DNA of 32,000 bases from Geotalea daltonii FRC-32 (GCF_000022265.1 NC_011979.1:1170001-1202000), one strand, 5' to 3'; positions 16,127 to 24,702 are shown, numbered from the stretch's first letter. A program made the numbers and translations. The notes: generated from the letters alone by a model not told the origin.

Positions 16127-18217
16127 TCATGCCGGGACTTCATCACCGCATATTGTCAGGAAAGCATCCACCACTGCAGGATCGAATTGGTGCCCTGCAC
16201 GTTCTTCAATATAGGCGAGCACCCGATGGGACTCCCAGCCTGCCCGATAAGGCCGGTCGGAGAGAAGAGCATCGTAGACATCGGCAACGGCGAGGATGCG
16301 GGCACCCAGTGAAATAGCTTCCCCAGCCAGGCCAAGGGGATAGCCTTCCCCGTTGAACCATTCATGGTGCTGTTCCACTAAGGGAATGACTTTCCGGTAA
16401 GGGGGAATAGGCTCCAGGATCAGGGCACCCTTGGCCGGATGTTCTCGTATCAATGCGAACTCTTCCTCCGTAAGCTTTCCCGGTTTGTCGAGAACGGAAC
16501 CAGGGACGGAGATCTTGCCGATATCGTGAAGCAGTCCACCCTGGTGCAGCAATTGCAGTTCTTGCGGGGACAATCCCATTGCTTTCCCTATTCTCAATGA
16601 CAATTCCGTTACTCGCTCAGAATGCCCGGCAGTCCACGGGGAATTGGTATCTACGGCCCGAGCCAAGGCCGTAAGGGTCCCCCAGCTGAGTTGAGCCAGT
16701 TCGTCGATCAGATCGGCATTGACTATGGCAACGGCAATTTGATCCGCTATCTGTCTGGCGCGAAGCAAATCTTCCTGGGGTCGATCCGGCTTTTCACGAT
16801 ACCCAAGAACCAAAATTCCACCGATGTTCTGATGGAGACGTATCGGCAGAAGCGCATGCGCCATGAGGCCACCTCTCCCTACAGTGGAAAGCAGCCCGGA
16901 GAATTCACCCGGCCCCACCAGCAGGCTCTCGGGAGTCTTCTCCAGTAGATCCAGTTCCTCTGGGGGAAAGACCGTATAAGCAGGATTTTCGCCACCCGCG
17001 TTGCTATGGTAGGCAATGGCCGTGTCTTTCAGGCCCGGCTCCAGGAGAAACAGGGCAACCTGATCGCATCCTATTACACTCTGCATATTGTTGACAACGG
17101 CAGCGATGATCTTTTTCCGTTCCAGGGCGGTAAGGATGGTACGGACAATCTGTCCCGTTCCCGACAGGGTTTCGAATTGTCGCCGCAGATGTTCCGCCAT
17201 GATATTGAAGGAATCGGCAACCTCTTCAAATTCATCACCGCTGTTGACCTCGATTCTGCTGGCAAAATCTCCACGGCTTATATGGCGTGTCCCTTCCTTG
17301 AGCCTTGCCAATGGAACGAGGCTCCGCCGGATCTGCACGCTGCTCAGGTAACAGACCACCAGAAGAGTCAGCACGAGGATGAGTATGAAGGTCCGTGCAA
17401 ACTTGGTGAGCGCCATGAAGGCGTCTGCCTTGGACTGGGTGACGACGACAGTCCAGTCATCGGTGAGAAAGGCACCCCTGAGAAAAATTGACCGATGATT
17501 GGCCAGGTAGGTGTCGGCTCCATCGGGCAGTTCGTATTGACCGAAAGCAGGCTGCTGCCCGTTTTTAAACCGGGCGATGGTGGCCAATGGAAAAAGAGGG
17601 GAGCAATAGAGTCCTGTGCCGGCGGAATCAATGATCGCTGCTTCGGTCAGTGGCGGCAATGCATCGCTTACCCGTTCCCAGAGATAATCCGGATTTATTT
17701 CGCCAACCAGGAACCGGGGAGCAGTCCCTTTGCCGACGGCAATGGCAATGAAAACAGGGGGAGGCCTGTCGGTGCGACCGGCGTAAATGAAAGCTTTGCC
17801 GGAAGAAAGCTGCTTGAGAATCCGCTCGTTCAAGGGGGGAAGCGGGCACAGTTTGCCGAAAATCACCTTGGTCTTTGCATTCGGCTGCAAAATGGCGAGG
17901 CTCAGGAAGCGGTGGTGGAGTGGGTCTCCCCCCTGTTTTGAGGCCACGAGATGTGAAAGACCTGCATCCTTGCCCCTCGATGCAGCCAGTTCCTCCATCT
18001 CGGACTTGAGGAAGGTCAATCCCTCAACGATGGTCATGGCGACATTTTTACTGGCCTGGTGCAGACGTTCATGGGCCTGTTCCCGAAGTTTATCGGCTAC
18101 CTGGCTGAGGGTGAAAATGCCGAGCGTTGCGGTGGGCAGCATGGCACAAAGGACGAACAGGCCGAGTATACGGCGGGCCACTATGCTGTGCAGATAATAA
18201 AAGAGCTTACGATTCAT
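16127..18217 (-). CDS. Membrane sensor with periplasmic domain, HAMP, GAF and HD-GYP domains (predicted c-di-GMP phosphodiesterase)
   Basis: Two TM segments flank an approximately 240-aa extracytoplasmic region. HAMP-like RRSLVPLARLKEGTRHISRGDF...EFEEVADSFNIMAEHL. HD (LLHDIGKISVP) and GYP (HHEWFNGEGYPLG) motifs. Confidence 0.9.
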   Translation of the reverse strand: MNRKLFYYLHSIVARRILGLFVLCAMLPTATLGIFTLSQVADKLREQAHERLHQASKNVAMTIVEGLTFLKSEMEELAASRGKDAGLSHLVASKQGGDPLHHRFLSLAILQPNAKTKVIFGKLCPLPPLNERILKQLSSGKAFIYAGRTDRPPPVFIAIAVGKGTAPRFLVGEINPDYLWERVSDALPPLTEAAIIDSAGTGLYCSPLFPLATIARFKNGQQPAFGQYELPDGADTYLANHRSIFLRGAFLTDDWTVVVTQSKADAFMALTKFARTFILILVLTLLVVCYLSSVQIRRSLVPLARLKEGTRHISRGDFASRIEVNSGDEFEEVADSFNIMAEHLRRQFETLSGTGQIVRTILTALERKKIIAAVVNNMQSVIGCDQVALFLLEPGLKDTAIAYHSNAGGENPAYTVFPPEELDLLEKTPESLLVGPGEFSGLLSTVGRGGLMAHALLPIRLHQNIGGILVLGYREKPDRPQEDLLRARQIADQIAVAIVNADLIDELAQLSWGTLTALARAVDTNSPWTAGHSERVTELSLRIGKAMGLSPQELQLLHQGGLLHDIGKISVPGSVLDKPGKLTEEEFALIREHPAKGALILEPIPPYRKVIPLVEQHHEWFNGEGYPLGLAGEAISLGARILAVADVYDALLSDRPYRAGWESHRVLAYIEERAGHQFDPAVVDAFLTICGDEVPA

Positions 18218-18229
18218 GGCATCTACCGC

Positions 18230-18721
18230 TCAATATAAGGAAGCCAGCCCGATATAGGCGCCGTTGTTGGCGCGGATGATGTCATCCTGGCTGGGCTTGG
18301 CTGTGAGTGGAGGGAGAGACTGACCATCTGCTCCCATGCTGTAAAGGTCGTAGTCGGAATTGATCGGAACCAGGTTGCGATCCTTGCGGAGCGAGCCTTT
18401 CCCCTTGATTTCACCGTTGGCGATGTTCAGGTACTGGTACGGGGTTCCCCACGGGTCGAGGAGGCTCCCTCTTCTCAGTTCGTTCAGGCCCATGGGCAGG
18501 CGGTAGTTCTCGCCAACGAAATTACGGATATCGCCTTCCAGGCCCCTGATCTCGACAATGGCCCGTGCCACTCTTGCCTTCTGTATGTAGGTGGAAAAGG
18601 CTTGCGTGGCGATGGCGGCAAGAATGGCGATGGCAGACATGATGACGAGCAGTTCGAGGAGCGTGAAGCCTTTTTCGAGAAAAGAAGGCATTCGTACACG
18701 TATGTGCAACATCAGCAGCAT
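18230..18721 (-). CDS. GspG-like type II secretion pseudopilin (prepilin-type N-terminal methylation motif)
   Basis: KGFTLLELLVIMSAIAILAAIA prepilin cleavage/methylation site. GspG-like body (DPWGTPYQYL, DLYSMGADGQS...DDI). The start is uncertain: ATG 18721 has GGAG 10 nt upstream; 18691, 18712 and 18748 are also possible. The stop is 12 nt before the HD-GYP start. Confidence 0.8.
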   Translation of the reverse strand: MLLMLHIRVRMPSFLEKGFTLLELLVIMSAIAILAAIATQAFSTYIQKARVARAIVEIRGLEGDIRNFVGENYRLPMGLNELRRGSLLDPWGTPYQYLNIANGEIKGKGSLRKDRNLVPINSDYDLYSMGADGQSLPPLTAKPSQDDIIRANNGAYIGLASLY

Positions 18722-18864
18722 TTTCAGATAACTCCATACCAGGGACATTTCGTCTGTATGGACTTATCGGGTTCAGGCTGCTGTGCTTGAATTGTATTTC
18801 ATTGGCGGGTAAGCGGGCGGGTGCTGAGGTGAATCTTTCAGGGGGAAGAGCGGAGTCTCAATGC

Positions 18865-19680
18865 CTACAAGTATCTTAGCGCCTCCTCTCCCAGTATCCG
18901 CTCCACCGCCAGGGGCAGCAGAGCCTTCGGCGCATTTTCGGTGGTGGCCATCATCTTTAGGGCATAGCGGGCGATGTTGATGCCGTCCCGTACCGAGTAA
19001 AGCTCGTCGGCTGTGTGGGCACGCTGGAGAAAATCGACCACATACTTGAGGATGGAAGTGGCGGCAAAGGGGAGGTTTTCCTTGAGGATCATCATCTCCT
19101 CGTCCGCCTCGGGGAAGTCGATGTAGATCTGGGGCTGGAGCCGGGAATGGATGTATTCCGGCACTTCGAAGGTGGAGGCATCTTCGTTCATGGTGACGAC
19201 AATGCGGAAATCGTGGTGGGCGGGGATGCGCAGGCCGGTGATGATGGACTCCACGTAGCGGCGGTCGTCCAGGAGGGGCGCCAGGGAGGCCCAGGCCTTT
19301 TCGCTCATGCGATTGCCCTCGTCGAGGATGAGGATACCGCCGGCAACCATGGCCGAGACCAGGGAAGAAGCGGCATATTGAATCTTGCCGTCGGGACCGA
19401 TCACCGGGGTGACAATCAGGTCTTCCGGCCGGGTATCCATGGTCGCCTGGAAGAGGTAGACCGGTCGGTTGAGACTGCGGGCCGCGGCGTAGGCGAGGGT
19501 GGTCTTGCCTACCCCGGGCTTGCCGATCAGGCGGGGATTGAAGGGGATATCCCGCTCGTCGATGACCATCCACGCAGCCAGGAGCTGCTTCAGAAGCTCC
19601 CCCTGGCCGACCCATTTCAGGGACAGCTCCACCGGATTGGCCAGGCTCAGATTGATACCGTCAATGGTTGCATGTTCCAT
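18865..19680 (-). CDS. AAA+ ATPase of the MoxR superfamily, CbbQ/NorQ/GvpN-like size class (271 aa)
   Basis: Walker A GKPGVGKTT, Walker B ILILDEGNR, sensor-1 VVTMN. Single AAA module with a short helical lid. SD GGAG lies 5 nt before ATG 19680. Confidence 0.85.
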   Translation of the reverse strand: MEHATIDGINLSLANPVELSLKWVGQGELLKQLLAAWMVIDERDIPFNPRLIGKPGVGKTTLAYAAARSLNRPVYLFQATMDTRPEDLIVTPVIGPDGKIQYAASSLVSAMVAGGILILDEGNRMSEKAWASLAPLLDDRRYVESIITGLRIPAHHDFRIVVTMNEDASTFEVPEYIHSRLQPQIYIDFPEADEEMMILKENLPFAATSILKYVVDFLQRAHTADELYSVRDGINIARYALKMMATTENAPKALLPLAVERILGEEALRYL

Positions 19681-19698
19681 TTTATCTCCAGCTATTTT

Positions 19699-19881
19699 TC
19701 AGGTGTTTTTCTCGTGAAAGTACATCATGGATAGCATCGCTCTGCTTTCCAGGCATTGGGTGCACAGCTTTCCCGCATCGTTCCAGACCTCGCCCGCCAG
19801 CCATTCACCGGCCTCGGCAAAAACAGACCGGCCGGCTTCCTCTTCGTCAAATATGTTTTTGCAGATCAGGCACTGTTTCAC
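19699..19881 (-). CDS. 60-aa putative zinc-ribbon protein (CxxC...CxxC)
   Basis: GTG 19881 is preceded by GAAGGG. CLIC (residues 4-7) and CTQC (residues 40-43). GC3-rich codons like the neighbours. It fills the hemH-AAA+ gap exactly, ending 18 nt before the AAA+ start. Confidence 0.5.
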   Translation of the reverse strand: MKQCLICKNIFDEEEAGRSVFAEAGEWLAGEVWNDAGKLCTQCLESRAMLSMMYFHEKNT

Positions 19882-19898
19882 CCTTCACCCTTCACCCT
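19878..19898 (-). repeat. Tandem heptamer (AGGGTGA)x3 spanning the hemH stop and the Zn-ribbon ORF start
   Basis: The minus strand reads AAGGGTGAAGGGTGAAGGGTGAAAC. In the hemH frame this is ...GGT GAA GGG TGA AGG GTG AAA. The 21-nt repeat contains TGA and GTG once in each frame. Confidence 0.9.
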
Positions 19899-20844
19899 TT
19901 ACACTTTTTACAAGCTCCGCCAGACACTCGATAAACAGCGGTGACGAGTTGAGGGACGGGGAGCGGCGGAATTTATCGATCCCCAGCTGCTTCGCCTCTT
20001 TTGCATACTGGATATCCACCTCGTAGAGCGTCTCGATGTGGTCTGAAACGAAGGAGAGTGGCACCATGAGCATCTCCTTCCGCCCTTCCGTAGCCAGCCG
20101 CTTCATCATTTCCTCGGTGGACGGTTCCAGCCATTTGACCGGTCCGGCCCGGGACTGGAAGGCCAGGTGGTAATCGATATTGCCCAGCCGTTCCATGACC
20201 AGGCGCACCGTGGCCTGGATATGGGAAAGGTAGGGATCACCGTCGTCGATAAAGGACTGGGGCAGGGAATGGGCTGAGAAGACCAGCGTTACCCGGGAGC
20301 GATCGCTGAACTCGGAGAGGCCTTCCTCGACTTTTTCGGCAAGGGCCTTGATGTAAAGGGGATGGTCATAAAAGCGGTCGATATAACTGACCTGGAAACT
20401 GACCCCTGCCTGTCCCAGGACCCGTTTCAGCTCGTTGATGCTGGAGCCGGCGGTGGCCCTTGAATAGTGGGGGTAAAGGGAGAGGGCGATGACGCGGGAG
20501 ATCCCTTCTCTTTTGATGGCGGCCAGGGCATCGATGGTGGTCGGTTTCCAGTAGCGCATGGCGACAAAGGCGCGGTAACCATCCCCCAGTTCCGTTTCCA
20601 GTGCCTTGGCCTGGGCCTCGGTCAGCTCCCGTATGGGCGATTTGCCCCCTATCTGCTCGTAATATGCCTCCACCTTCGGCGCACGTCTGCGGCAGATGAA
20701 GCGGGCAATGAACGGCTGGAGAAGGGCGGGGCCGATCTTGATGATCTCCCGGTCGGAAAAGAGGTTGAACAGAAACGGTTCAACAGCGGCGATGGAGTCT
20801 GGTCCTCCCATCTGCAGGAGAACTACGGCGGTTTTTTCGGACAT
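19885..20844 (-). CDS. hemH: Ferrochelatase
   Basis: [17 protein letters not shown]... N-terminus, conserved [15 protein letters not shown] and VSDHIETL motifs. SD GAGGT precedes ATG 20844. Confidence 0.92.
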   Translation of the reverse strand: MSEKTAVVLLQMGGPDSIAAVEPFLFNLFSDREIIKIGPALLQPFIARFICRRRAPKVEAYYEQIGGKSPIRELTEAQAKALETELGDGYRAFVAMRYWKPTTIDALAAIKREGISRVIALSLYPHYSRATAGSSINELKRVLGQAGVSFQVSYIDRFYDHPLYIKALAEKVEEGLSEFSDRSRVTLVFSAHSLPQSFIDDGDPYLSHIQATVRLVMERLGNIDYHLAFQSRAGPVKWLEPSTEEMMKRLATEGRKEMLMVPLSFVSDHIETLYEVDIQYAKEAKQLGIDKFRRSPSLNSSPLFIECLAELVKSVKGEG

Positions 20845-20888
20845 GGCTACCTCATTTCAGCAGCTGCAGGCTGTATGCATGAAAGGGT

Positions 20889-20917
20889 ATTAAGCAATAT
20901 GGCCGAGGATTTGTCAA
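20889..20917 (-). promoter_or_regulatory. Putative sigma70 promoter for hemH (TTGACA-N17-CTTAAT)
   Basis: On the minus strand, TTGACA at 20917-20912 and CTTAAT at 20894-20889, about 45 nt upstream of the hemH ATG. Confidence 0.35.
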
Positions 20918-21016
20918 GAAATGCATGGGGAGAGGCGCCGGGGGGCTGACCTTTGCTCTCGCAAAAGGGTTCGGGCCGTGTATACTGTTGATGTGTAACG
21001 GAAACAATGGTATGCC

Positions 21017-21035
21017 CATCCGGAAATCCCGGATG
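21017..21035. repeat. Palindrome CATCCGG-aaatc-CCGGATG (site B)
   Basis: Perfect 7-bp arms identical to site A (15477-15495). It lies 8 nt upstream of the GGAGG SD of the cyclase gene. Confidence 0.85.
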
Positions 21036-21055
21036 ACGACTGCGGAGGTGCAGCG

Positions 21056-21733
21056 ATGAGGATTTACGACATTTCTCAGACAATTTCTGACAAGCTGCCG
21101 GCCTATCCCGGCGATCCGCCGGTGCGCATTGAGCCTGTAATGCGCCTTGATCTGGGTGAACCTGCCAATGTCTCGGCCGTCTCCATGTGCAGCCACACCG
21201 GTACCCACATTGATGTTCCACGCCATTGTTTTGAAGATGGTTTATCGGTCGACCTGTTGCCACTGTCGCTTCTCATGGGAAAGGCGGTTGTGGTGGAAAT
21301 AACAGGGGTCACGGCGATCAGCCGGGAACAGCTGAAGCGGTTGCCGGTCAAGGGTGAAGAACGTGTTTTGCTGAAGACGGATAACTCTTCGGCAGGTGCC
21401 GCTGGCATATATTCCGAGGAAGCTGCCTATCTGACGGAGGACGGGGCAGAATTTCTGCTGGAGTCGGGGGTGAAGCTGGTGGGCATCGATTCGCTTTCCA
21501 TAGAGCGTGAGGATGGGCAGGCAGAGGTCCACCGTCTGCTCCTGCGCAATGATGCCCTCATTTTGGAAGGGCTCAAGCTGGAGGAGGTTCCACCGGGTCA
21601 TTACGAGCTGATCTGCCTGCCTCTGAAGATAGCGGACGGGGACGGCGCTCCGGCAAGGGCGGTGTTGATCAGCCGCCAGAGCGCTGCAGAGGGCGGGTTC
21701 GATCCACATACCAGCAAGTGGCCCATTGCCTGA
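21056..21733 (+). CDS. Cyclase-family protein (kynurenine formamidase/arylformamidase-like)
   Basis: MRIYDISQTIS...LPAYPGDPP and the HxGTHxDxPxH metal motif (SHTGTHIDVPRH). SD GGAGG. Confidence 0.8.
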   Translation: MRIYDISQTISDKLPAYPGDPPVRIEPVMRLDLGEPANVSAVSMCSHTGTHIDVPRHCFEDGLSVDLLPLSLLMGKAVVVEITGVTAISREQLKRLPVKGEERVLLKTDNSSAGAAGIYSEEAAYLTEDGAEFLLESGVKLVGIDSLSIEREDGQAEVHRLLLRNDALILEGLKLEEVPPGHYELICLPLKIADGDGAPARAVLISRQSAAEGGFDPHTSKWPIA

Positions 21734-21756
21734 ACGGTTGTCGAGCACAAGGCAAT

Positions 21757-22653
21757 TTATGGCTGGAACTGGTCGATCTCAATTCCGAAATCACGGCATA
21801 CCTGGCGAAAAGCCTCATCGGGCGGGGCCGTGGCGCTGATTTCCTTTCCCTCCCTGGAGGTGAAGGCCATGGTCCGGCAGTGAAGCATCATGCGGGGGGC
21901 ATGGTCGCCGCCGTAGGTGGCATCGCCGATGATTGGCAGGCCGTTGTGGGCGAGATGGACCCTGATTTGATGGGTCCGTCCGGTAAAGGGATGGGCCTCG
22001 ATCAGGGTTGCCCCTTTGCCGGCGGTGATGACTCGGAAGGCGGTACGCGCCTCCCGGCCAGGGAGGGCCACCCCGTATCGGAACTTGTTCAACTTGGCGA
22101 TGGGGGCGTCCACCGTCCACTGGTCTTGCTCAGGAACATCTGCAACCAGCGCCCAGTAGACCTTTTCCACCTTTCCCTCCTTGAGCAGGAAAGAAATATG
22201 GGTGGCGGCCTTCTTGTGCTTCGGGAAAAACATCACTCCCGAGGTGCCGCGATCGAGACGGTGGATGACCCGGGCCGGCTCCTTTGATCCGAGGGATTTG
22301 AGGTAGCAGTCCACCGCATATTCCACCGTCCCCTTCAGCTGGTAAGGGGTGCGCTGGCTGTTGAGGCCGGCCGCCTTGTTGATGGCCAGGTAGCCTCCAT
22401 CCTCGTAGAGCAGATCTCCCTTGCCATAGGTGATTTCCACGCACCGCTCAGGCTCCATCACGCCAAGGGAGATCAGGTCCCCTTCCCGCAACTGCCTTGA
22501 GGCAACCCGCACCAGGGCATCCGAGATGGTGCAGCCTCCCCAGTCGATGATGCGGCGAATCTGGGTCTTGGAAAGTTCGGGGAAGAGCTGCCTGGCCCCG
22601 TCATCCAGGCGCATGCCTGCCAATTCAGCTGAAACCGAGGCCTTGAGGATCAT
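21757..22653 (-). CDS. RluA-family 23S rRNA pseudouridine synthase (RluC/RluD-like) with N-terminal S4 domain
   Basis: Catalytic HRLDRGTSGVMFF, KVYWALV, and HQIRVHLA near the C-terminus. The ATG overlaps the NUDIX stop (ATGA at 22650-22653). Confidence 0.85.
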   Translation of the reverse strand: MILKASVSAELAGMRLDDGARQLFPELSKTQIRRIIDWGGCTISDALVRVASRQLREGDLISLGVMEPERCVEITYGKGDLLYEDGGYLAINKAAGLNSQRTPYQLKGTVEYAVDCYLKSLGSKEPARVIHRLDRGTSGVMFFPKHKKAATHISFLLKEGKVEKVYWALVADVPEQDQWTVDAPIAKLNKFRYGVALPGREARTAFRVITAGKGATLIEAHPFTGRTHQIRVHLAHNGLPIIGDATYGGDHAPRMMLHCRTMAFTSREGKEISATAPPDEAFRQVCRDFGIEIDQFQP

Positions 22654-23171
22654 TTGTCCCTCCCTTTTGCCCGATACAGAGCGGCAATGGTTTTGCCATC
22701 GGTTATCCTGCCATCCAGCGCCATCTCCAGGGCTTCATCCATGGGCAGACGAACCGCTTCTATATCCTCATAGTCCTCCGGCTGTGCCTTTCCTTGTGAC
22801 AGGCCGGTGGCGAGGAAGAGGTGGATGACCTCATCGAGAAAGCCGGGGGAGGAGTGAATAAAGCCCAAGGAGGTCAGAGCCGTGGCGGTGAGACCCGTTT
22901 CCTCCAGCAGTTCCCGGTTGCCGCAAAGAATGGGTTGCTCGCCCGTACAGAGGCGGCCGGCGGGAATCTCAAGGGTAAAGCCGCCAGTCGCCGGGCGCAG
23001 TTGCCGGATCAAGGTTACCGTGCCGTCCTCATGGAGCGGCAAAATACCCACCCCGCCCGGATGGCGGACGATCTGGTATGGGTGCCAGCCTTTGTCGCCG
23101 ATCTTCACTTGCATCTGCTCGATATTGACCACAATGCCATTGAAGACAATGGTTCTATTCTCAGTTTCCAT
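22650..23171 (-). CDS. NUDIX hydrolase (ADP-ribose pyrophosphatase-like)
   Basis: Nudix-box-like GEQPILCGNRELLEETG. 173 aa. SD GGAG lies 5 nt before ATG 23171. Confidence 0.8.
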   Translation of the reverse strand: METENRTIVFNGIVVNIEQMQVKIGDKGWHPYQIVRHPGGVGILPLHEDGTVTLIRQLRPATGGFTLEIPAGRLCTGEQPILCGNRELLEETGLTATALTSLGFIHSSPGFLDEVIHLFLATGLSQGKAQPEDYEDIEAVRLPMDEALEMALDGRITDGKTIAALYRAKGRDK

Positions 23172-23304
23172 TTCAGCTCCTGCTGGGATATTCCATGTGG
23201 GGATTCATAACACTATTCGTCCCTGAAGTGAAGCCCCATTCCTTTACAGACCATCGGCAAATGCTACTATTAAATAAAATTAACTGCAAAAACAGGGAGG
23301 AGCC

Positions 23305-23523
23305 ATGTACGGTAATGACCGGATCTATAAAAAGGTGGAAATAATCGGCGTTTCCAAAAACGGCATCGAGGCGGCCATCCAAGCGGCGGTGCAAAAGGCG
23401 GGGGAAACACTGGAAAACCTTTCCTGGTTTGAGGTGGAAGAGGTCCACGGTCATGTAGGGACTGACGGCAAGGTCAGCGAGTACCAGGTTGTCCTGAAAG
23501 CGGCTTTTCAATTGAAGCAATGA
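23305..23523 (+). CDS. Dodecin (small flavin-binding protein)
   Basis: 72 aa. IYKKVEIIGVSKNGIEAAIQAAVQKAGETLENLSWFEVEEVHG...EYQVVLKAAFQL matches bacterial dodecins almost position by position. SD GGGAGGAG. Confidence 0.85.
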   Translation: MYGNDRIYKKVEIIGVSKNGIEAAIQAAVQKAGETLENLSWFEVEEVHGHVGTDGKVSEYQVVLKAAFQLKQ

Positions 23524-23603
23524 CCGGTGTGAAACTAGTGGAAAAGCAGTGTACGATCTGGTATTGTCTGCGAGCTAAAAACCTATCATGAAAGGTGGAT
23601 ACT

Positions 23604-24056
23604 ATGGCACAGGCAAAGAAAGGGGACCGGGTAAAGGTTCACTACACAGGAAGGCTCGAGGATGGTTCTGTTTTCGATTCTTCGGAATGTGGCGATAATG
23701 ACTGCGACTGCTCTTCTGGCCCTCTGGAATTCACAGTGGGTGCGGGAGAAGTCATTCCTGGCTTTGACCAGGCTGTGGAGGGCATGTTCATCGATGAGAC
23801 CCGCTCTGTACACATACCGGTGGAAGAGGCATATGGCGAGCGGGTAGAGGAAATGGTCGCCCAGGTACCTCGCAGCGAACTCCCGGCCGGCATGGTGCCG
23901 GAGGTCGGCCAGCATCTCGAGGTGACCCAGGAAGATGGTAATGCTTTTCAGGTGGTGATAACCGAGGTGACCGACGACCAGGTGACCATAGATGCCAACC
24001 ATCCCCTGGCGGGAAGAGATCTTAACTTCGATATCCGGTTGGTGGAGATCGGCTGA
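23604..24056 (+). CDS. FKBP-type peptidyl-prolyl cis-trans isomerase (SlyD-like, with IF insert)
   Basis: MAQAKKGDRVKVHYTGRLEDGSVFDSS...PLEFTVGAGEVIPGFDQAVEGM...HPLAGRDLNFDIRLVEI. ATG 23604 has an AAAGGTGG SD; the listed GTG 23595 is rejected. Confidence 0.85.
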   Translation: MAQAKKGDRVKVHYTGRLEDGSVFDSSECGDNDCDCSSGPLEFTVGAGEVIPGFDQAVEGMFIDETRSVHIPVEEAYGERVEEMVAQVPRSELPAGMVPEVGQHLEVTQEDGNAFQVVITEVTDDQVTIDANHPLAGRDLNFDIRLVEIG

Positions 24057-24068
24057 GGGCAAAAGAGA

Positions 24069-24097
24069 AGGGACAACCCGGATGGCTGTCCCTTTTT
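24069..24097 (+). terminator. Rho-independent terminator after the FKBP gene
   Basis: agggaca-acccggatggc-tgtccct followed by TTTT (24094-24097). Confidence 0.7.
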
Positions 24098-24117
24098 AGT
24101 CAGAGCTGAAGCAGCTT

Positions 24118-24594
24118 CTAGTTTTCCGTCATGAAGTGCTCTTCGTAGAGATCTTCCAGAGATTGCAAATGGCGTGTCTCATCGGCCAGCAACCGCTCGA
24201 ACAATGCCGCCATGGGAGCTCCTGAACACCCTTCCGACATGCGCTTGTAAAAATCGATGGAACCGTTTTCCAGGTGGATGGCATAGGCCAGTGCCTCCCT
24301 GGAGTCGGAATTGGGGCTCAGTTCCTTCTTTGCCAGTACATAAGTCAGGTTCATGGTCTTCACCGGCTGGCTCAACTGATCGCCTGATCCCATGCTTCCT
24401 TCCACCAAGGCCTTTTCCAGCTGATGCTTGTGCTCAAGTTCATCCAGTGCCGCATCCTTGAGAATCTCGCGGGCTCCCTTATTGGCCACCTTGCGAATGG
24501 CCTCAAGATAGTGGCGGAAACCTTCTTCTTCCATTGTTACAGCCATCTCTATGGCGGCTTCAAAGGTATAACATACCTGGTTTTGCTCGGCCAT
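24118..24594 (-). CDS. Rubrerythrin/ferritin-like di-iron four-helix-bundle protein
   Basis: Paired E...ExxH motifs (MEEEGFRHY, LDELEHKHQ, LENGSIDFY, ADETRHLQS). SD GGAGG precedes ATG 24594. Confidence 0.75.
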   Translation of the reverse strand: MAEQNQVCYTFEAAIEMAVTMEEEGFRHYLEAIRKVANKGAREILKDAALDELEHKHQLEKALVEGSMGSGDQLSQPVKTMNLTYVLAKKELSPNSDSREALAYAIHLENGSIDFYKRMSEGCSGAPMAALFERLLADETRHLQSLEDLYEEHFMTEN

Positions 24595-24702
24595 GGTCGT
24601 GCCTCCCTCTCATTGAACGATAAGTGGACCTTTTTTAACATAACGTTGTCTTAAGTACAAGAGGCAATGTCAGTATTAAACGCTGCATGAGTTTGTTAAG
24701 GG

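Noticed and set aside
19882-19887. The hemH TGA (19887..19885) as a selenocysteine codon or programmed read-through into the in-frame Zn-ribbon ORF.
   Set aside because: There is no hairpin at SECIS distance; the nearest GC-rich stem (CCGGCC/GGCCGG) starts about 45 nt downstream. The ORF has its own SD-like GAAGGG and GTG. HemH is full length at VKSVKGEG. The in-frame relation is kept only as an evolutionary observation.
21695-21705. tRNA T-arm-like strings GGGTTCGATCC (21695-21705) and GGGTTCGAACCCC (27928-27940).
   Set aside because: Both are inside well-supported CDSs (cyclase, SDR). The flanks do not form T-stem, acceptor or anticodon arms.
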